Positions 7,944 to 16,764 of a DNA stretch of 42,912 nucleotides are shown piece after piece. Positions within the stretch are counted from its first letter, which is position 1. The number at the start of each line of letters is the position of its first letter. The stretch comes from Haloarculaceae archaeon (GTDB lineage: Archaea; Halobacteriota; Halobacteria; Halobacteriales; Haloarculaceae), in NCBI GenBank assembly GCA_042217765.1, contig JBDGSB010000084.1:1-42912 (forward strand). Reading direction: 5' to 3'. The notes under the pieces are model-generated. The model saw only the letters and a list, made by a program, of their open reading frames with translations. It was not told the DNA's origin and made no database searches. The translations under genes and the position numbers were made by a program.

Positions 7944-9125
7944 TCACCCGTTCCACGCGTCCAGGCTGGATTCGGTCTCCTCGATTGCGGCTTCGAGGTG
8001 CTCCTGGGTCACCGGCTGGAGTTCGTCGCGGTCGCGGGCCTCCTGTAGCGCCTTGCGCGCGGCGGTCGTCGCCACGAGTTCGAGGTCGCTGGCGACGTAG
8101 CCGTCGGTCAGTTCGGCCATGCGGTCCCAGTCGACGACCTCGCTGAGCACCGGCCGGTCCCGAAGGTGGACCCGGAGGATGGCCCGCCGGGCGGTCTCGT
8201 CCGGCGGCGGCACCTCGATGCGCTCGTCGAAGCGACCGGACCGCTTGATGGCGTCGTCGACCGATTCGAGCAGGTTCGTCGCCGCGAACACCACGACGTC
8301 CTCGCCCTGAATCTCGGTCAACTCGGTGAGCAACTGATTGACCATCTGGCGTTCGCTGTTGGTCTTTCGTGCGCCGCCCGATCGCTGACCGGCGATGGCG
8401 TCGATCTCGTCGACGAACACCAGGCAGGGCTGGTTCGCCCGCGCGACCGAAAACAGGTCGGCGACGTTGTCGGCGGCCTCCCCGACCAGCGAGGAGGTGA
8501 CGTCCGACGGCGTCACGTCGATAAAACTGTAGCCGAGTTTGCCCGCCAACGCGCGCGTGATGTAGGTTTTTCCGGTGCCCGGCGGCCCGTACAGCAACAC
8601 GCCGTTGACGACGCCCAGGTCGTACTTCTCGTACAGGTCCGGCCGCTGCAGCGGGTCAACCACCGCGTCGATGAGCGTCTGCTTGAGGTCGCTCATGCCG
8701 CCAACGTCCTCGAAGTCCAGTTCCGGCGGCGGCTCCAGGTACGTCTCGGCGTCGGCGACCGCCTCGTCGGCCGACTGTCCCCGCGTTTCCGACTCGCTCG
8801 GCCCGGAGACGCCCACGTCGTCGCCGGGACGGGATGCGTTGCCGGGGCGGGATGCGTCGCCGTCGCCAGCGTCGGTTTCGCCGCTCTCGCCGGCCGCTTC
8901 GAGCGTGTCGGCGGCCGACGCGAGGTTGTCGGCGAGGGACCGCCGCTTCTCCGCGAGTTTCTCGCTTGACTCCAGGTCGGCGACGTCCCGCAGCACCTCG
9001 GCGCACTTGCGGTAGTGGCTCGCGGCCCGCTCGGCGACCCCGCGTTCGCGGTATTTCTCCGCGAGCGCGCGGTGTTGCTCGTAGTCGTCTTCGAGTAACT
9101 CCTTGTGGACCCCCTCTTCGAGCAT
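7944..9125 (-). CDS. MIT-domain AAA+ ATPase (Vps4/CdvC-like)
   Basis: 393 aa. N-terminal three-helix MIT-like region (ALAEKYRERGVAERAASHYRKCAEVL...). A linker carries an RPGNAS duplication. The AAA domain has Walker A (GPPGTGKT), Walker B (LVFVDEIDAI) and an SRH (ATNLLESVDDAIKRSGRFDERIEV). Confidence 0.85.
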   Translation of the reverse strand: MLEEGVHKELLEDDYEQHRALAEKYRERGVAERAASHYRKCAEVLRDVADLESSEKLAEKRRSLADNLASAADTLEAAGESGETDAGDGDASRPGNASRPGDDVGVSGPSESETRGQSADEAVADAETYLEPPPELDFEDVGGMSDLKQTLIDAVVDPLQRPDLYEKYDLGVVNGVLLYGPPGTGKTYITRALAGKLGYSFIDVTPSDVTSSLVGEAADNVADLFSVARANQPCLVFVDEIDAIAGQRSGGARKTNSERQMVNQLLTELTEIQGEDVVVFAATNLLESVDDAIKRSGRFDERIEVPPPDETARRAILRVHLRDRPVLSEVVDWDRMAELTDGYVASDLELVATTAARKALQEARDRDELQPVTQEHLEAAIEETESSLDAWNG

Positions 9126-9128
9126 GGG

Positions 9129-9794
9129 TCAGATACTGAGTTCGGAGTCGTCGAGTTCGTCGAGGTCGACCTCGCCGCCGAGGTCCGCCTCGACCTGGAC
9201 GTCCGCGTCGATGTCGACCTGTTCCTCGCTGATCTCGCTGGCGGCCATCTCCTCCATGATCTGCTCTTCCTCGCCGGTGTCCATCTCGAGTTCGTCCTCC
9301 ATGATGGGGATGTCGAGCGCGTTCTGGATCTCCTGGAGGTCCTCCATCTCGACGCCGAAGGTCGCCATCCGCTCCATGATCTGCCCCTGGATCTCCTGGG
9401 CGTCGGCGTCGTTCATCACCTGATCGAGCGCAAGGTCCTGTCCCTGGTCGTCCTGCAGTTCCATGATCTCGCGCATGCCCTGGATGGAGAGGACGGTCCC
9501 CAGTTTGACCGACGCGGCGCGGTACTTCTTCTTTTTGATGGCGTACTTTTTCTTCTCGAATTTGGCCTTCTGGGCGTACTTCTTGCGCTGCATCTCCGAC
9601 GCCTCCGCGCCCTCCCGGAGCAGTTCCTTGTACTGACGGCCGTGTTTGTCCATTTCCCCTTCGAGTTTCTTCAGTTCGTGTTCGAGTTTGATGACGTCCT
9701 TCCGGAGCGCCTTGTCGCTGTAGACGCTCTCGTCGAGCAGCGACTCGCCCGTTCCGCCGAATCTGTCCGTGACCCAATCGCGTAGTTCGACCAT
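9129..9794 (-). CDS. ESCRT-III/Snf7-like (PspA/Vipp1 superfamily) coiled-coil protein
   Basis: 221 aa. Basic K-rich helical N-terminal half (KKYAQKAKFEKKKYAIKKKKYRAASVKLGTVLSIQGMREIME). A Snf7-like alpha-4 signature (LDQVMNDADAQEIQGQIMERMA). A very acidic C-terminal tail ending DLDELDDSELSI that resembles an MIM. Its stop lies 3 nt from the start of the MIT-AAA gene. Confidence 0.6.
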   Translation of the reverse strand: MVELRDWVTDRFGGTGESLLDESVYSDKALRKDVIKLEHELKKLEGEMDKHGRQYKELLREGAEASEMQRKKYAQKAKFEKKKYAIKKKKYRAASVKLGTVLSIQGMREIMELQDDQGQDLALDQVMNDADAQEIQGQIMERMATFGVEMEDLQEIQNALDIPIMEDELEMDTGEEEQIMEEMAASEISEEQVDIDADVQVEADLGGEVDLDELDDSELSI

Positions 9795-9817
9795 GTTTGT
9801 ATCCTCGTGTATCGTAA

Positions 9818-9827
9818 CTTAATTATT
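9818..9827 (-). promoter_or_regulatory. TATA-like box (AATAATTAAG on the minus strand) 24-33 nt upstream of the Snf7-like ATG. Implies a leaderless transcript.
   Basis: The only AT-rich stretch in an otherwise GC-rich intergenic region. Spacing is typical of haloarchaeal promoters. Confidence 0.4.
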
Positions 9828-10272
9828 GGCCTGTGTGACATACCGTCGGGTTGCGTTCGTTCGCGTGCCTGCGTCTCCGGTTTGGCGACCAGTACCGCGG
9901 CGGCGACTCCGGCCAGGAAGCCGGCTCCCAGCACGAGGTTCGCCACGAACGTGCCGAACAACCACGGACGTTCGATCGCCATTCCGAATCAGCCACACGC
10001 ACATATTGCCACACCAACTACTTAATATTTTCTCATATATGGTTCTACAGAGTTTCCTCCGATATGGAGATGCCGGATCGTGCGGAGATTCGGAATTTCG
10101 CCGGCATATACGGCCATACACACTGCGAACCGACCGTCTGTCCCGAATATCGGTCGAGGATCGTCGACTCGCCCGTGGAGAGACGTCCGCAAGTCTCCGT
10201 TTTGGAAAAAGGATTTATTCGTGGAGATACAACCGTCGCTCACATGCGTCATCAGATCGGGAGGAATCGACG

Positions 10273-10794
10273 ATGATCGACGACGGCGAGTACCTCTACG
10301 TCGTCGAGTACGACTCCGACGCCGAGCGCAAGCGCGTGGAGTACCTGTTCAACAACTGGTCCGACGGCGACGTGGATGCGCCAAAGGGACTCGTTCGGGT
10401 CGCCTCGAACGTCGACCACGACGCGCTGTACCGCCAACTCGTCTCGAAGGTTCCCGACGAACAGGTGTCGGCTTACCGGCTCGAACCCGTCGAAACCGAC
10501 GTCGAGACGGACACGCGGGTGGTCGAACAGCACGTCGACGCGCCGCGCGAGGCCGTCGAGGGATTCGTCGAGTACATCTTCTCGAAGAAGAAGGCGGTCC
10601 TTCAGTCGCCCGAGCGCAACGAGTACGAGGTTTACACGAAGAAGGGCCGCGCGGAGGTGTCCTACGACCTCGCCGCCGACGGGGAGACGACGGTGACCGT
10701 CCGCATCGAGGGGACGCCGCCGGCACCCGGCTTCCTCGCGGACTTCTTCGAGACCGAACTCGCGGACTACGCCGCCAGCCAGAAGCGATCATGA
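10273..10794 (+). CDS. hypothetical protein (174 aa)
   Basis: GGAGG sits 8 nt upstream of the ATG at 10273. Acidic composition. Its stop overlaps the start of the next gene (ATGA). Confidence 0.6.
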   Translation: MIDDGEYLYVVEYDSDAERKRVEYLFNNWSDGDVDAPKGLVRVASNVDHDALYRQLVSKVPDEQVSAYRLEPVETDVETDTRVVEQHVDAPREAVEGFVEYIFSKKKAVLQSPERNEYEVYTKKGRAEVSYDLAADGETTVTVRIEGTPPAPGFLADFFETELADYAASQKRS

Positions 10795-12815
10795 CCGACT
10801 GCACCGACCGATTCCGGGAGATACGACGCGAATCGAACCGGGTCCTCGACGAGGACCTCGAAGCACTCGAGCGCCGGCCCGAACGCGACCGCATCCGGCA
10901 GTACAACGACCTGCGACGGCTCGAAGAGCGGTTTCGCTCGGAGTTTCTGGCGGACTGTCCGGACTTTCTGACCGACAGCGAGCGCGACCGCGTGCGCGGA
11001 GAGATACGGTTGGGTCGCCTGCTGTTAGCGGCCAGTTTCTACGCCGATGGTGACCTCCCGGCCGCGATGGCCGGCGACTGGAGCGACGTCGAACTCCAGG
11101 CCGTCGTCGACTTCGATCGGTACCGGGCGTTCGACTCGCTGTCGGACGAACAGATCGAGCGCCGCATCCGCCGGATGGACGGGGAAGTCTACGAACTCGT
11201 TGCCGAGTACACGTCGACGCAACTGGCGACCGTCGAGACCCTGCTCGACCATCCCGACGTCCAGCAGGACGTGCTAGAGCGGTTGCTGGCCCGCTACGAG
11301 GACCGCCGCGAGCGCATCCGCGAGGGCTTTTTCACCTACGTCGAGACCCACGGCCTCGAACACACGGTCGCCGCCATCGAGGATGCCGTGCGCGCGGTCG
11401 CGCAGTCGTCGTCGACGCGGGCGTCGGTTCGCGCCGAGGTGGACGCGACGCTCTCGAAGAGCACCAGCGCCGGAGCGGACGCCGAACGGGCCCACGAGGA
11501 CGCTATCGAGCGGCTCACGGCGGGCGTCGAACGGGTCGAACGCCTCCAGTCGCGGCTCGAAGATCGCATGGACGAACTCGAACGCGCCCGCGAGGCCGCG
11601 ACCGAGGCCGACGGGTCGGTCGCCGGGGAGACGGTCGAACTGGTCGAGGGGGAACTGGCCGAACTGCGAGCCGAACGCGACCGACTCGACGTCGCCGGCG
11701 AGCAACTCGACCGCGAGCGGAGCCGCGTCGCCGCCGCCGCCGACCGTCTCGACCGACGGCGGGAGGCGGTCTCCGGGCGGACCGACGCTGACGGGGGAAT
11801 CGACGGCACGAACGTCGTTCCCGCGCCGGTCGCGCGGCTGTACGAACTCGACTACCTGGGACGGTTCGACATCGCGATGGAGGAGGTCCCGCAGGTACAC
11901 ACGCCGGACGGCGACGTCCGGATTCCCGACGGGTACTGGAACGGGCCCGGAGCCAGTTTCCGCCAGAGCGAGCGACCGCGGGTGGCCTCGCTGCTGGCGG
12001 ACGCATGCGGCGAGACCGCGGACGATGGCGGCGAGACCGCGGACGATGGCGGCGAGACCGCGGACGATGGCGGCGAGGGCGCGGACGCACGCGGCGAGAA
12101 CGCGCCGGACGCACGGTCCGACGCCAGCGCGGACGCCGGCACCGTTCCCTCGCCGACCGTCGGGAGGCGGGCGGTCGACGCCGACCCCGAACGTGACCCC
12201 GACCGCTATCCCCAGGCCGGCCGCTCGCGCTACGAGATCAGGGAGAGCCGCCACCTGGGACTGCACAGTACCACGACGATGGCCGTCGAGGCTGTCGTCC
12301 ACGCCGACCTCGAGTCGTACGTCACCCGCGGATTCGACGACGCGCCGGCCGACCTCGACGCCTTCCTCGGGTACGTCAACGACGCTGTGGCACGGGCCGA
12401 GCGACGCGGCCACGCCTACCTGTTGGCGGTCGCCTCGCCGACGGGCTGGACCGACCGCGTGCGCGACCACGTCGCAGAGTCGCGAACCCGCGTCGGCAGC
12501 GACGTCGCCCTCGTCCTCGTCGACCTCCGGTCGGGCGAGGTCGTCCACGACGAGTCGGACCCACTGGCCGACGAGAACGTCGCGCTGTTCGAGCCGCCGA
12601 CCGACGACGAGCGGATCGCGGAGGTGGTCGAGACAGTCCGCCGGGAGTACGTCGACGACGTCGGCACCGACAGCGTCCGCGTCGAGCGGGTGGCCGACGA
12701 CCACGGCTACCAGCCACACCTCGTGACCGAGGCGTTTCACGAACTCGAAGCCGACGGCGCGGGCGAGTTGCTCTACGTCGACGACCTCGGGCTGTGCCTG
12801 GAGTGTGGTCTCTGA
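10791..12815 (+). CDS. large coiled-coil hypothetical protein with a GETADDG x3 repeat and a C-terminal CxxC
   Basis: 675 aa. The N-terminal ~330 aa are predicted helical/coiled coil (ELERAREAATEADG...LAELRAERDRLDVAGEQLDRERSRVAAAADRLDRRREAV). An in-frame 21-bp x3 DNA repeat lies at 12009-12071. The C-terminus ends ...LYVDDLGLCLECGL. No Walker motif. Confidence 0.7.
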   Translation: MTDCTDRFREIRRESNRVLDEDLEALERRPERDRIRQYNDLRRLEERFRSEFLADCPDFLTDSERDRVRGEIRLGRLLLAASFYADGDLPAAMAGDWSDVELQAVVDFDRYRAFDSLSDEQIERRIRRMDGEVYELVAEYTSTQLATVETLLDHPDVQQDVLERLLARYEDRRERIREGFFTYVETHGLEHTVAAIEDAVRAVAQSSSTRASVRAEVDATLSKSTSAGADAERAHEDAIERLTAGVERVERLQSRLEDRMDELERAREAATEADGSVAGETVELVEGELAELRAERDRLDVAGEQLDRERSRVAAAADRLDRRREAVSGRTDADGGIDGTNVVPAPVARLYELDYLGRFDIAMEEVPQVHTPDGDVRIPDGYWNGPGASFRQSERPRVASLLADACGETADDGGETADDGGETADDGGEGADARGENAPDARSDASADAGTVPSPTVGRRAVDADPERDPDRYPQAGRSRYEIRESRHLGLHSTTTMAVEAVVHADLESYVTRGFDDAPADLDAFLGYVNDAVARAERRGHAYLLAVASPTGWTDRVRDHVAESRTRVGSDVALVLVDLRSGEVVHDESDPLADENVALFEPPTDDERIAEVVETVRREYVDDVGTDSVRVERVADDHGYQPHLVTEAFHELEADGAGELLYVDDLGLCLECGL

Positions 12816-13243
12816 TGTCGACGCTTTCACTCGCGGAAACGGTCGTGACGAACGCGGCACTGGGAGCGTGGCTCGGCGCGATGGCGTTCTTCTCGTTCGT
12901 GGCCGCACCCACGGTGTTCGACGTGCTGGAACGTGATCGGGCGGGGACGGTCGTCAACGCCATCTTCCCGACGTACTACGTCGTGGGCGTGGGTGCGGGA
13001 ACGCTCGCGCTGCTGGCGGCCGTCGGTCGCGGCGCACTGACCGGGTTCGACGCCCCTCTCCTGCTGGTCGTCGTCGCGACGGTGGTGGCCGTTCTGCTCG
13101 CGGCGTACGCGCGCTGGATCCTCATTCCGAAGATGGGGCGCGCGGGCGAGGACGGCTTCGCGCGCTACCACCGACGGTCCGTCCTCCTGAACGGCCTCGC
13201 GCTGGTCGCGGTGGCCGTCGCGCTGGTCGCGTCGCACCTGTGA
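12815..13243 (+). CDS. DUF4149-like four-helix membrane protein
   Basis: 142 aa starting at the ATG overlapping the upstream stop (TGATG). Four hydrophobic helices. Confidence 0.6.
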   Translation: MSTLSLAETVVTNAALGAWLGAMAFFSFVAAPTVFDVLERDRAGTVVNAIFPTYYVVGVGAGTLALLAAVGRGALTGFDAPLLLVVVATVVAVLLAAYARWILIPKMGRAGEDGFARYHRRSVLLNGLALVAVAVALVASHL

Positions 13244-13382
13244 CCGAACACCCACTAAATTTTGGTATCGGTGCCATTTTTGGAACCACATCTCATCAGA
13301 TGGCAGGGATTTTCAACCTCTGACAATCCCCTCCCGGATATATGGGCGCCCTCGCCCCAGTATCAAATGGAGGCGTCGTACT

Positions 13383-13910
13383 ATGGCAACCAAACAATCC
13401 CAGGCGAACGTCCTCGGCACGGGCGTGTCGTTCGAGTTCGACGCAGCGTGGGGCGCGTACTGGTTCGCGTTTATCAGAGTCATCACCGGCTGGTGGTTCT
13501 TCCACGCTGGCATCACGAAGATCATCGAAAGCGGGTTCAACTACGGCTACGCACCGGCCTTCCTCAAGGGCATGGCCGGCACGAGCGTCGGCCCGTTCGC
13601 GACCTGGCTCGCCGGCCAGGCGTGGCTCCTCAAGCCGGGCGTTCCGCTGTTCGAGACGCTCATCGGTCTCGGGCTGATGCTCGGCGCGTTGACCCGGCTG
13701 GCGGCCTTCGGGGGCACGTTCTTCATGACCCTGTTCTGGGTCGGGAACGCTGGCTTCGGCCACGGACTGGTCACTAGCAACCTGCTGGGCCTCCTGTTGT
13801 TCCTGACGATGATCGTGTTCGCGACCGGTCGCTACTACGGCCTCGACGCCGTCATCGAGAAACTCGACTTCGTCGAACGACACCCGCGGCTCAGGTATCT
13901 ACTCGGCTAA
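13383..13910 (+). CDS. DoxX-family membrane protein
   Basis: 175 aa, four TM helices (WFAFIRVITGWWFFHAGITKI...). GGAGG lies upstream. Confidence 0.8.
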   Translation: MATKQSQANVLGTGVSFEFDAAWGAYWFAFIRVITGWWFFHAGITKIIESGFNYGYAPAFLKGMAGTSVGPFATWLAGQAWLLKPGVPLFETLIGLGLMLGALTRLAAFGGTFFMTLFWVGNAGFGHGLVTSNLLGLLLFLTMIVFATGRYYGLDAVIEKLDFVERHPRLRYLLG

Positions 13911-13924
13911 GGAGGTGACAACAC

Positions 13925-14224
13925 ATGGCACTCAAAAACATGGACTCAATCGACAGAACGGTGATGCTCGTGAGCACGGGGCTGATGTTCGTCAGCGTCG
14001 TCGTGCTCGGACTGCTCGAAATACTCGACGGTGCGCCGTTCGGCGCAGCGCCCGTGACGAACGACGCCGGTGACGTCGTCGCGACGCCGCTGGTGAGTCC
14101 CGACATCCGGACCGGGCTGTTCGTCCTCGGACTGATCGTCCTGCTGCTGTGGGCCATCTACAAGATGGCACAGCCGGTCGCCGGCCAGGAGGACGTCGCC
14201 AGCACCGAGACGCCCGCACACTGA
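13925..14224 (+). CDS. small membrane protein (2 TM)
   Basis: 99 aa. AGGAGGTG sits 7 nt upstream of the ATG. It lies 15 bp after doxX. Confidence 0.6.
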   Translation: MALKNMDSIDRTVMLVSTGLMFVSVVVLGLLEILDGAPFGAAPVTNDAGDVVATPLVSPDIRTGLFVLGLIVLLLWAIYKMAQPVAGQEDVASTETPAH

Positions 14225-14311
14225 GATCGACGTAATAGCTTTTGTGGCTCTTCCGCGGCGATGAGAAGTCAGTGCAGAACTTAGCCGCCACGGCGAGAAC
14301 TAGCTTCTGGT

Positions 14312-14428
14312 ATGGTAGTACGTATCGCAGGCGTCGCGAGTACGGCGTTCGGCGAACATCCCGAGTCGTCCTCTCGCGAACTGTTCAGTACAGCAGCAGC
14401 CAGTGCCTTCGAGGACGCGGCGATCTGG
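14312..14428 (+). pseudogene. thiolase (acetyl-CoA C-acyltransferase) N-terminal fragment
   Basis: MVVRIAGVASTAFGEHPESSSRELFSTAAASAFEDAAI matches the thiolase N-terminus (V.I.G...T.FG...S...L...A...A..DAGI). After this the frame dissolves into nonsense. Confidence 0.35.
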
Positions 14429-14564
14429 GACGGGCCGCACTCGGCGTCGAAGCGATGGACGTCCTGGACGCGTACGGGATTCCGCCGCCCTCGTCGACGA
14501 AACTTCCCAGCGTGTGGGAATGTGACGCGTCTATATCCGGATTTGTAGCGAACGTCTAGCAGTT

Positions 14565-14981
14565 ATGCTCGATGGAACGACTGCGATCGTCACCGGCGGG
14601 TCGTCCGGGATCGGCCGGGCCATCGTCGAACGCTATCTCGACGAGTGGAAGCAGGTCCTCGACGTCGACCTCGACGGAGTGATGCCCGGGATGAAGGCGG
14701 CGCTTCCCCATCTGGAAGAATCGGGCGGCTGTATCGTCACCGTCGCGTCCATCGACCGACTCGTCGGCGGTAAGGGTGCGGCCTCGTACTCGGCCGCGAA
14801 AGGCGGCGTCGTGAATCTCACCCAGCAGGTCGCTATCGACTACGCCGAACGCGGCGTGCGCGTCAACAGCATCTGTCCCGGATTCGTCGACACGCCGATG
14901 GCCGCGTTTCTCGCCTCGGACGACGCGTCGTATGTGACCGGCGCGAACGTCCCCGTCGACGGCGGCTGGGCGGCCCACTAG
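14565..14981 (+). CDS. SDR-family oxidoreductase with two in-frame internal deletions (138 aa versus ~245 expected). Probably non-functional.
   Basis: TAIVTGGSSGIGRAI (the Gly motif) is joined directly to ...DVDLDGVMPGMKAALPHLEESGGCIVTVAS...YSAAKGGVVNLT (the catalytic YxxxK). After ...PGFVDTPM it then joins ...FLASDDASYVTGANVPVDGG. About 75 aa and about 30 aa of the canonical fold are missing. Confidence 0.6.
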   Translation: MLDGTTAIVTGGSSGIGRAIVERYLDEWKQVLDVDLDGVMPGMKAALPHLEESGGCIVTVASIDRLVGGKGAASYSAAKGGVVNLTQQVAIDYAERGVRVNSICPGFVDTPMAAFLASDDASYVTGANVPVDGGWAAH

Positions 14982-14982
14982 C

Positions 14983-15642
14983 ATGAGCGAGGACGACGCG
15001 ACCAGCGGGGACGACGCGACCAGCGAGAACGACGCGCCGGTGTCGCCGCTCACCGCACCGTTCGTGTGGTACGTCGAGACGTCCCAGACGGCCGCGGAGA
15101 CGTCGCGGACGGCCCTCGAACGGTCGCTCGAAACGCAGCAAGCAGCCGTCGACGGGTGGGCCTCCACGTTCGCCCCGCAGGCAGACGAGCAGCCAACCGA
15201 AGCGACCCCGAGTCAGGAGATGGCGTGGCTGTACGATATCTGGTCGGAGACGCTCCAGAACGCGCTCGTCCACCTCGACGACGCGGTCGACGAGGAGGGG
15301 ATCGATCTCGACTCGCTGCAGTTGATCTGGCTGCACGCGCTGGACGACGCGATCACCGACGTCGGAAAGCGACCGACGTTCGGTGCGACGATGACCGAGT
15401 CGGTCGAGAGAGCGTTGACGGCACAGTACTGGGGCGACCAACTCCGTCGGAGTGTGCTCGGAAGCGTCGACGTCCCGACTGATCGAGACATCGAGGCGGT
15501 CGGGAAACGACTCCTCGACCTGGAGTACCGTCAGAAGTCGGTCGAGGACAAACTGGACGCGGTGCTCGCCGCAGTCGGGGCAGACTCGGACACGGACCCC
15601 GAACGGACGGTCGGATCGGAGCCGGCTGGTGGTGCAGAGTGA
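14983..15642 (+). CDS. phaE: PHA synthase subunit PhaE (haloarchaeal class III)
   Basis: 219 aa, acidic. Its stop overlaps the GTG start of phaC (GTGA). The C-terminal [18 protein letters not shown] block resembles haloarchaeal PhaE. Confidence 0.8.
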   Translation: MSEDDATSGDDATSENDAPVSPLTAPFVWYVETSQTAAETSRTALERSLETQQAAVDGWASTFAPQADEQPTEATPSQEMAWLYDIWSETLQNALVHLDDAVDEEGIDLDSLQLIWLHALDDAITDVGKRPTFGATMTESVERALTAQYWGDQLRRSVLGSVDVPTDRDIEAVGKRLLDLEYRQKSVEDKLDAVLAAVGADSDTDPERTVGSEPAGGAE

Positions 15643-16730
15643 CGCGACTTCCGAACCCAGTGACGGCGTCGATCGACGTCCAGCAACAGCTAGTCGAGGA
15701 CGGTGCCGAACTCGAAGAGCGGGCGGTGGAGTTGCCCGAGCGAGTTACCGAGATGACGAGCGTCGAGGTCGGGCAGACGCCACACGAGGTGGTCTACGAG
15801 GAGAACAAACTCGACTTGCTCCACTACGAGCCGCTCGTCGAGGACGAGGACAGACGGGACGTGGCGCTGTTGTTGGTCTACGCGCTCATCAATCGCCCGT
15901 ACATCCTCGACCTCCAGCCCGACAAGAGCGTCGTCCGGCGCTTTCTCGAAGCCGGGTTCGACGTCTACATGATCCAGTGGAACGAGCCTTCCCGGCTCGA
16001 CCGCCACCTCACGCTCGACCACTACGTGAACGTCTACGTCGACGACTGCGTCGACGTCGTCCGCGAACGGTCCGGCGTGGACGCGATCAACGTCCTCGGC
16101 TACTGCATGGGTGGCACGATGAGCGTCATGTACACCGCCCTCTACCCCGAGAAGGTGCGGAACCTGGCGCTGCTGGCGACCGGGCTGTACTTCGACGACT
16201 CCGGAGGCGTCCTGGAGCAATGGGGCGAGGAGTTCGACCCCGAGACGCTGACGCGGGCGTACGGCAACGTCCCCGAGGAATTCCTCGAATTCGGTTTCCG
16301 GGACATGAATCCGATAAACAACTACGTTACCAAATACGTCCAGCTCTATCGGCGATTCGACGACGAGGACTTCGTCGAGAACTTCGCGCGGATGGAGCGC
16401 TGGCTCAGCGAGGGCGTCGACGTCGCCGGCGACGCCTACGTGCAGTTTCTCGAAGACATCTACCAGGACAACAGGCTCTACGAGAACGACCTCTCGCTCG
16501 GCGAGCACGACGTCGACGTCGAGAACCTCGATGTGCCCGTCCTGCTCATCTGCGGGGAGTACGACAACCTCATCCCGCCGACCGCGAGCGAACCGTTCCT
16601 CGACGTGATTCCGAGCGAAGACACGGAAGTGAAGACGTTCTCTGCGGGCCACGTCGGCCTCGCCGTCTCCGACGAAGCACACGCGACCCTCTGGCCTAGC
16701 GTCGGCGAGTGGTTCGCAGCCAGGTCGTAG
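15639..16730 (+). CDS. phaC: PHA synthase catalytic subunit PhaC (class III)
   Basis: 363 aa. Lipase box GYCMGG. Long near-identities to haloarchaeal PhaC ([37 protein letters not shown]..., [32 protein letters not shown]...). Confidence 0.9.
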   Translation: MTRLPNPVTASIDVQQQLVEDGAELEERAVELPERVTEMTSVEVGQTPHEVVYEENKLDLLHYEPLVEDEDRRDVALLLVYALINRPYILDLQPDKSVVRRFLEAGFDVYMIQWNEPSRLDRHLTLDHYVNVYVDDCVDVVRERSGVDAINVLGYCMGGTMSVMYTALYPEKVRNLALLATGLYFDDSGGVLEQWGEEFDPETLTRAYGNVPEEFLEFGFRDMNPINNYVTKYVQLYRRFDDEDFVENFARMERWLSEGVDVAGDAYVQFLEDIYQDNRLYENDLSLGEHDVDVENLDVPVLLICGEYDNLIPPTASEPFLDVIPSEDTEVKTFSAGHVGLAVSDEAHATLWPSVGEWFAARS

Positions 16731-16764
16731 CGTACGCGGGTGATTCGAAGCGCGCTCGGCGCGC

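Noticed and set aside
9671-9982. 103-aa minus-strand ORF beginning with a plausible TM helix (MAIERPWLFGTFVANLVLGAGFLAGVAAAVLVA) upstream of the Snf7-like gene
   Set aside because: It would read through the TATA box and 120 nt into the Snf7-like CDS. Coding-like codon usage disappears after ~37 codons. I treat it as spurious, although a ~35-aa micropeptide cannot be excluded.
12009-12071. CRISPR array, considered for each of the tandem repeat loci
   Set aside because: The repeats are directly contiguous, have no unique spacers, number 2-4 copies and have units of 13-33 bp. They are simple tandem duplications, not CRISPR.
14565-14981. Calling the 138-aa SDR a normal functional short-chain dehydrogenase
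   Set aside because: By alignment to the canonical SDR fold, about 105 residues of the Rossmann core and substrate loop are missing. I annotate it as truncated and likely inactive instead.
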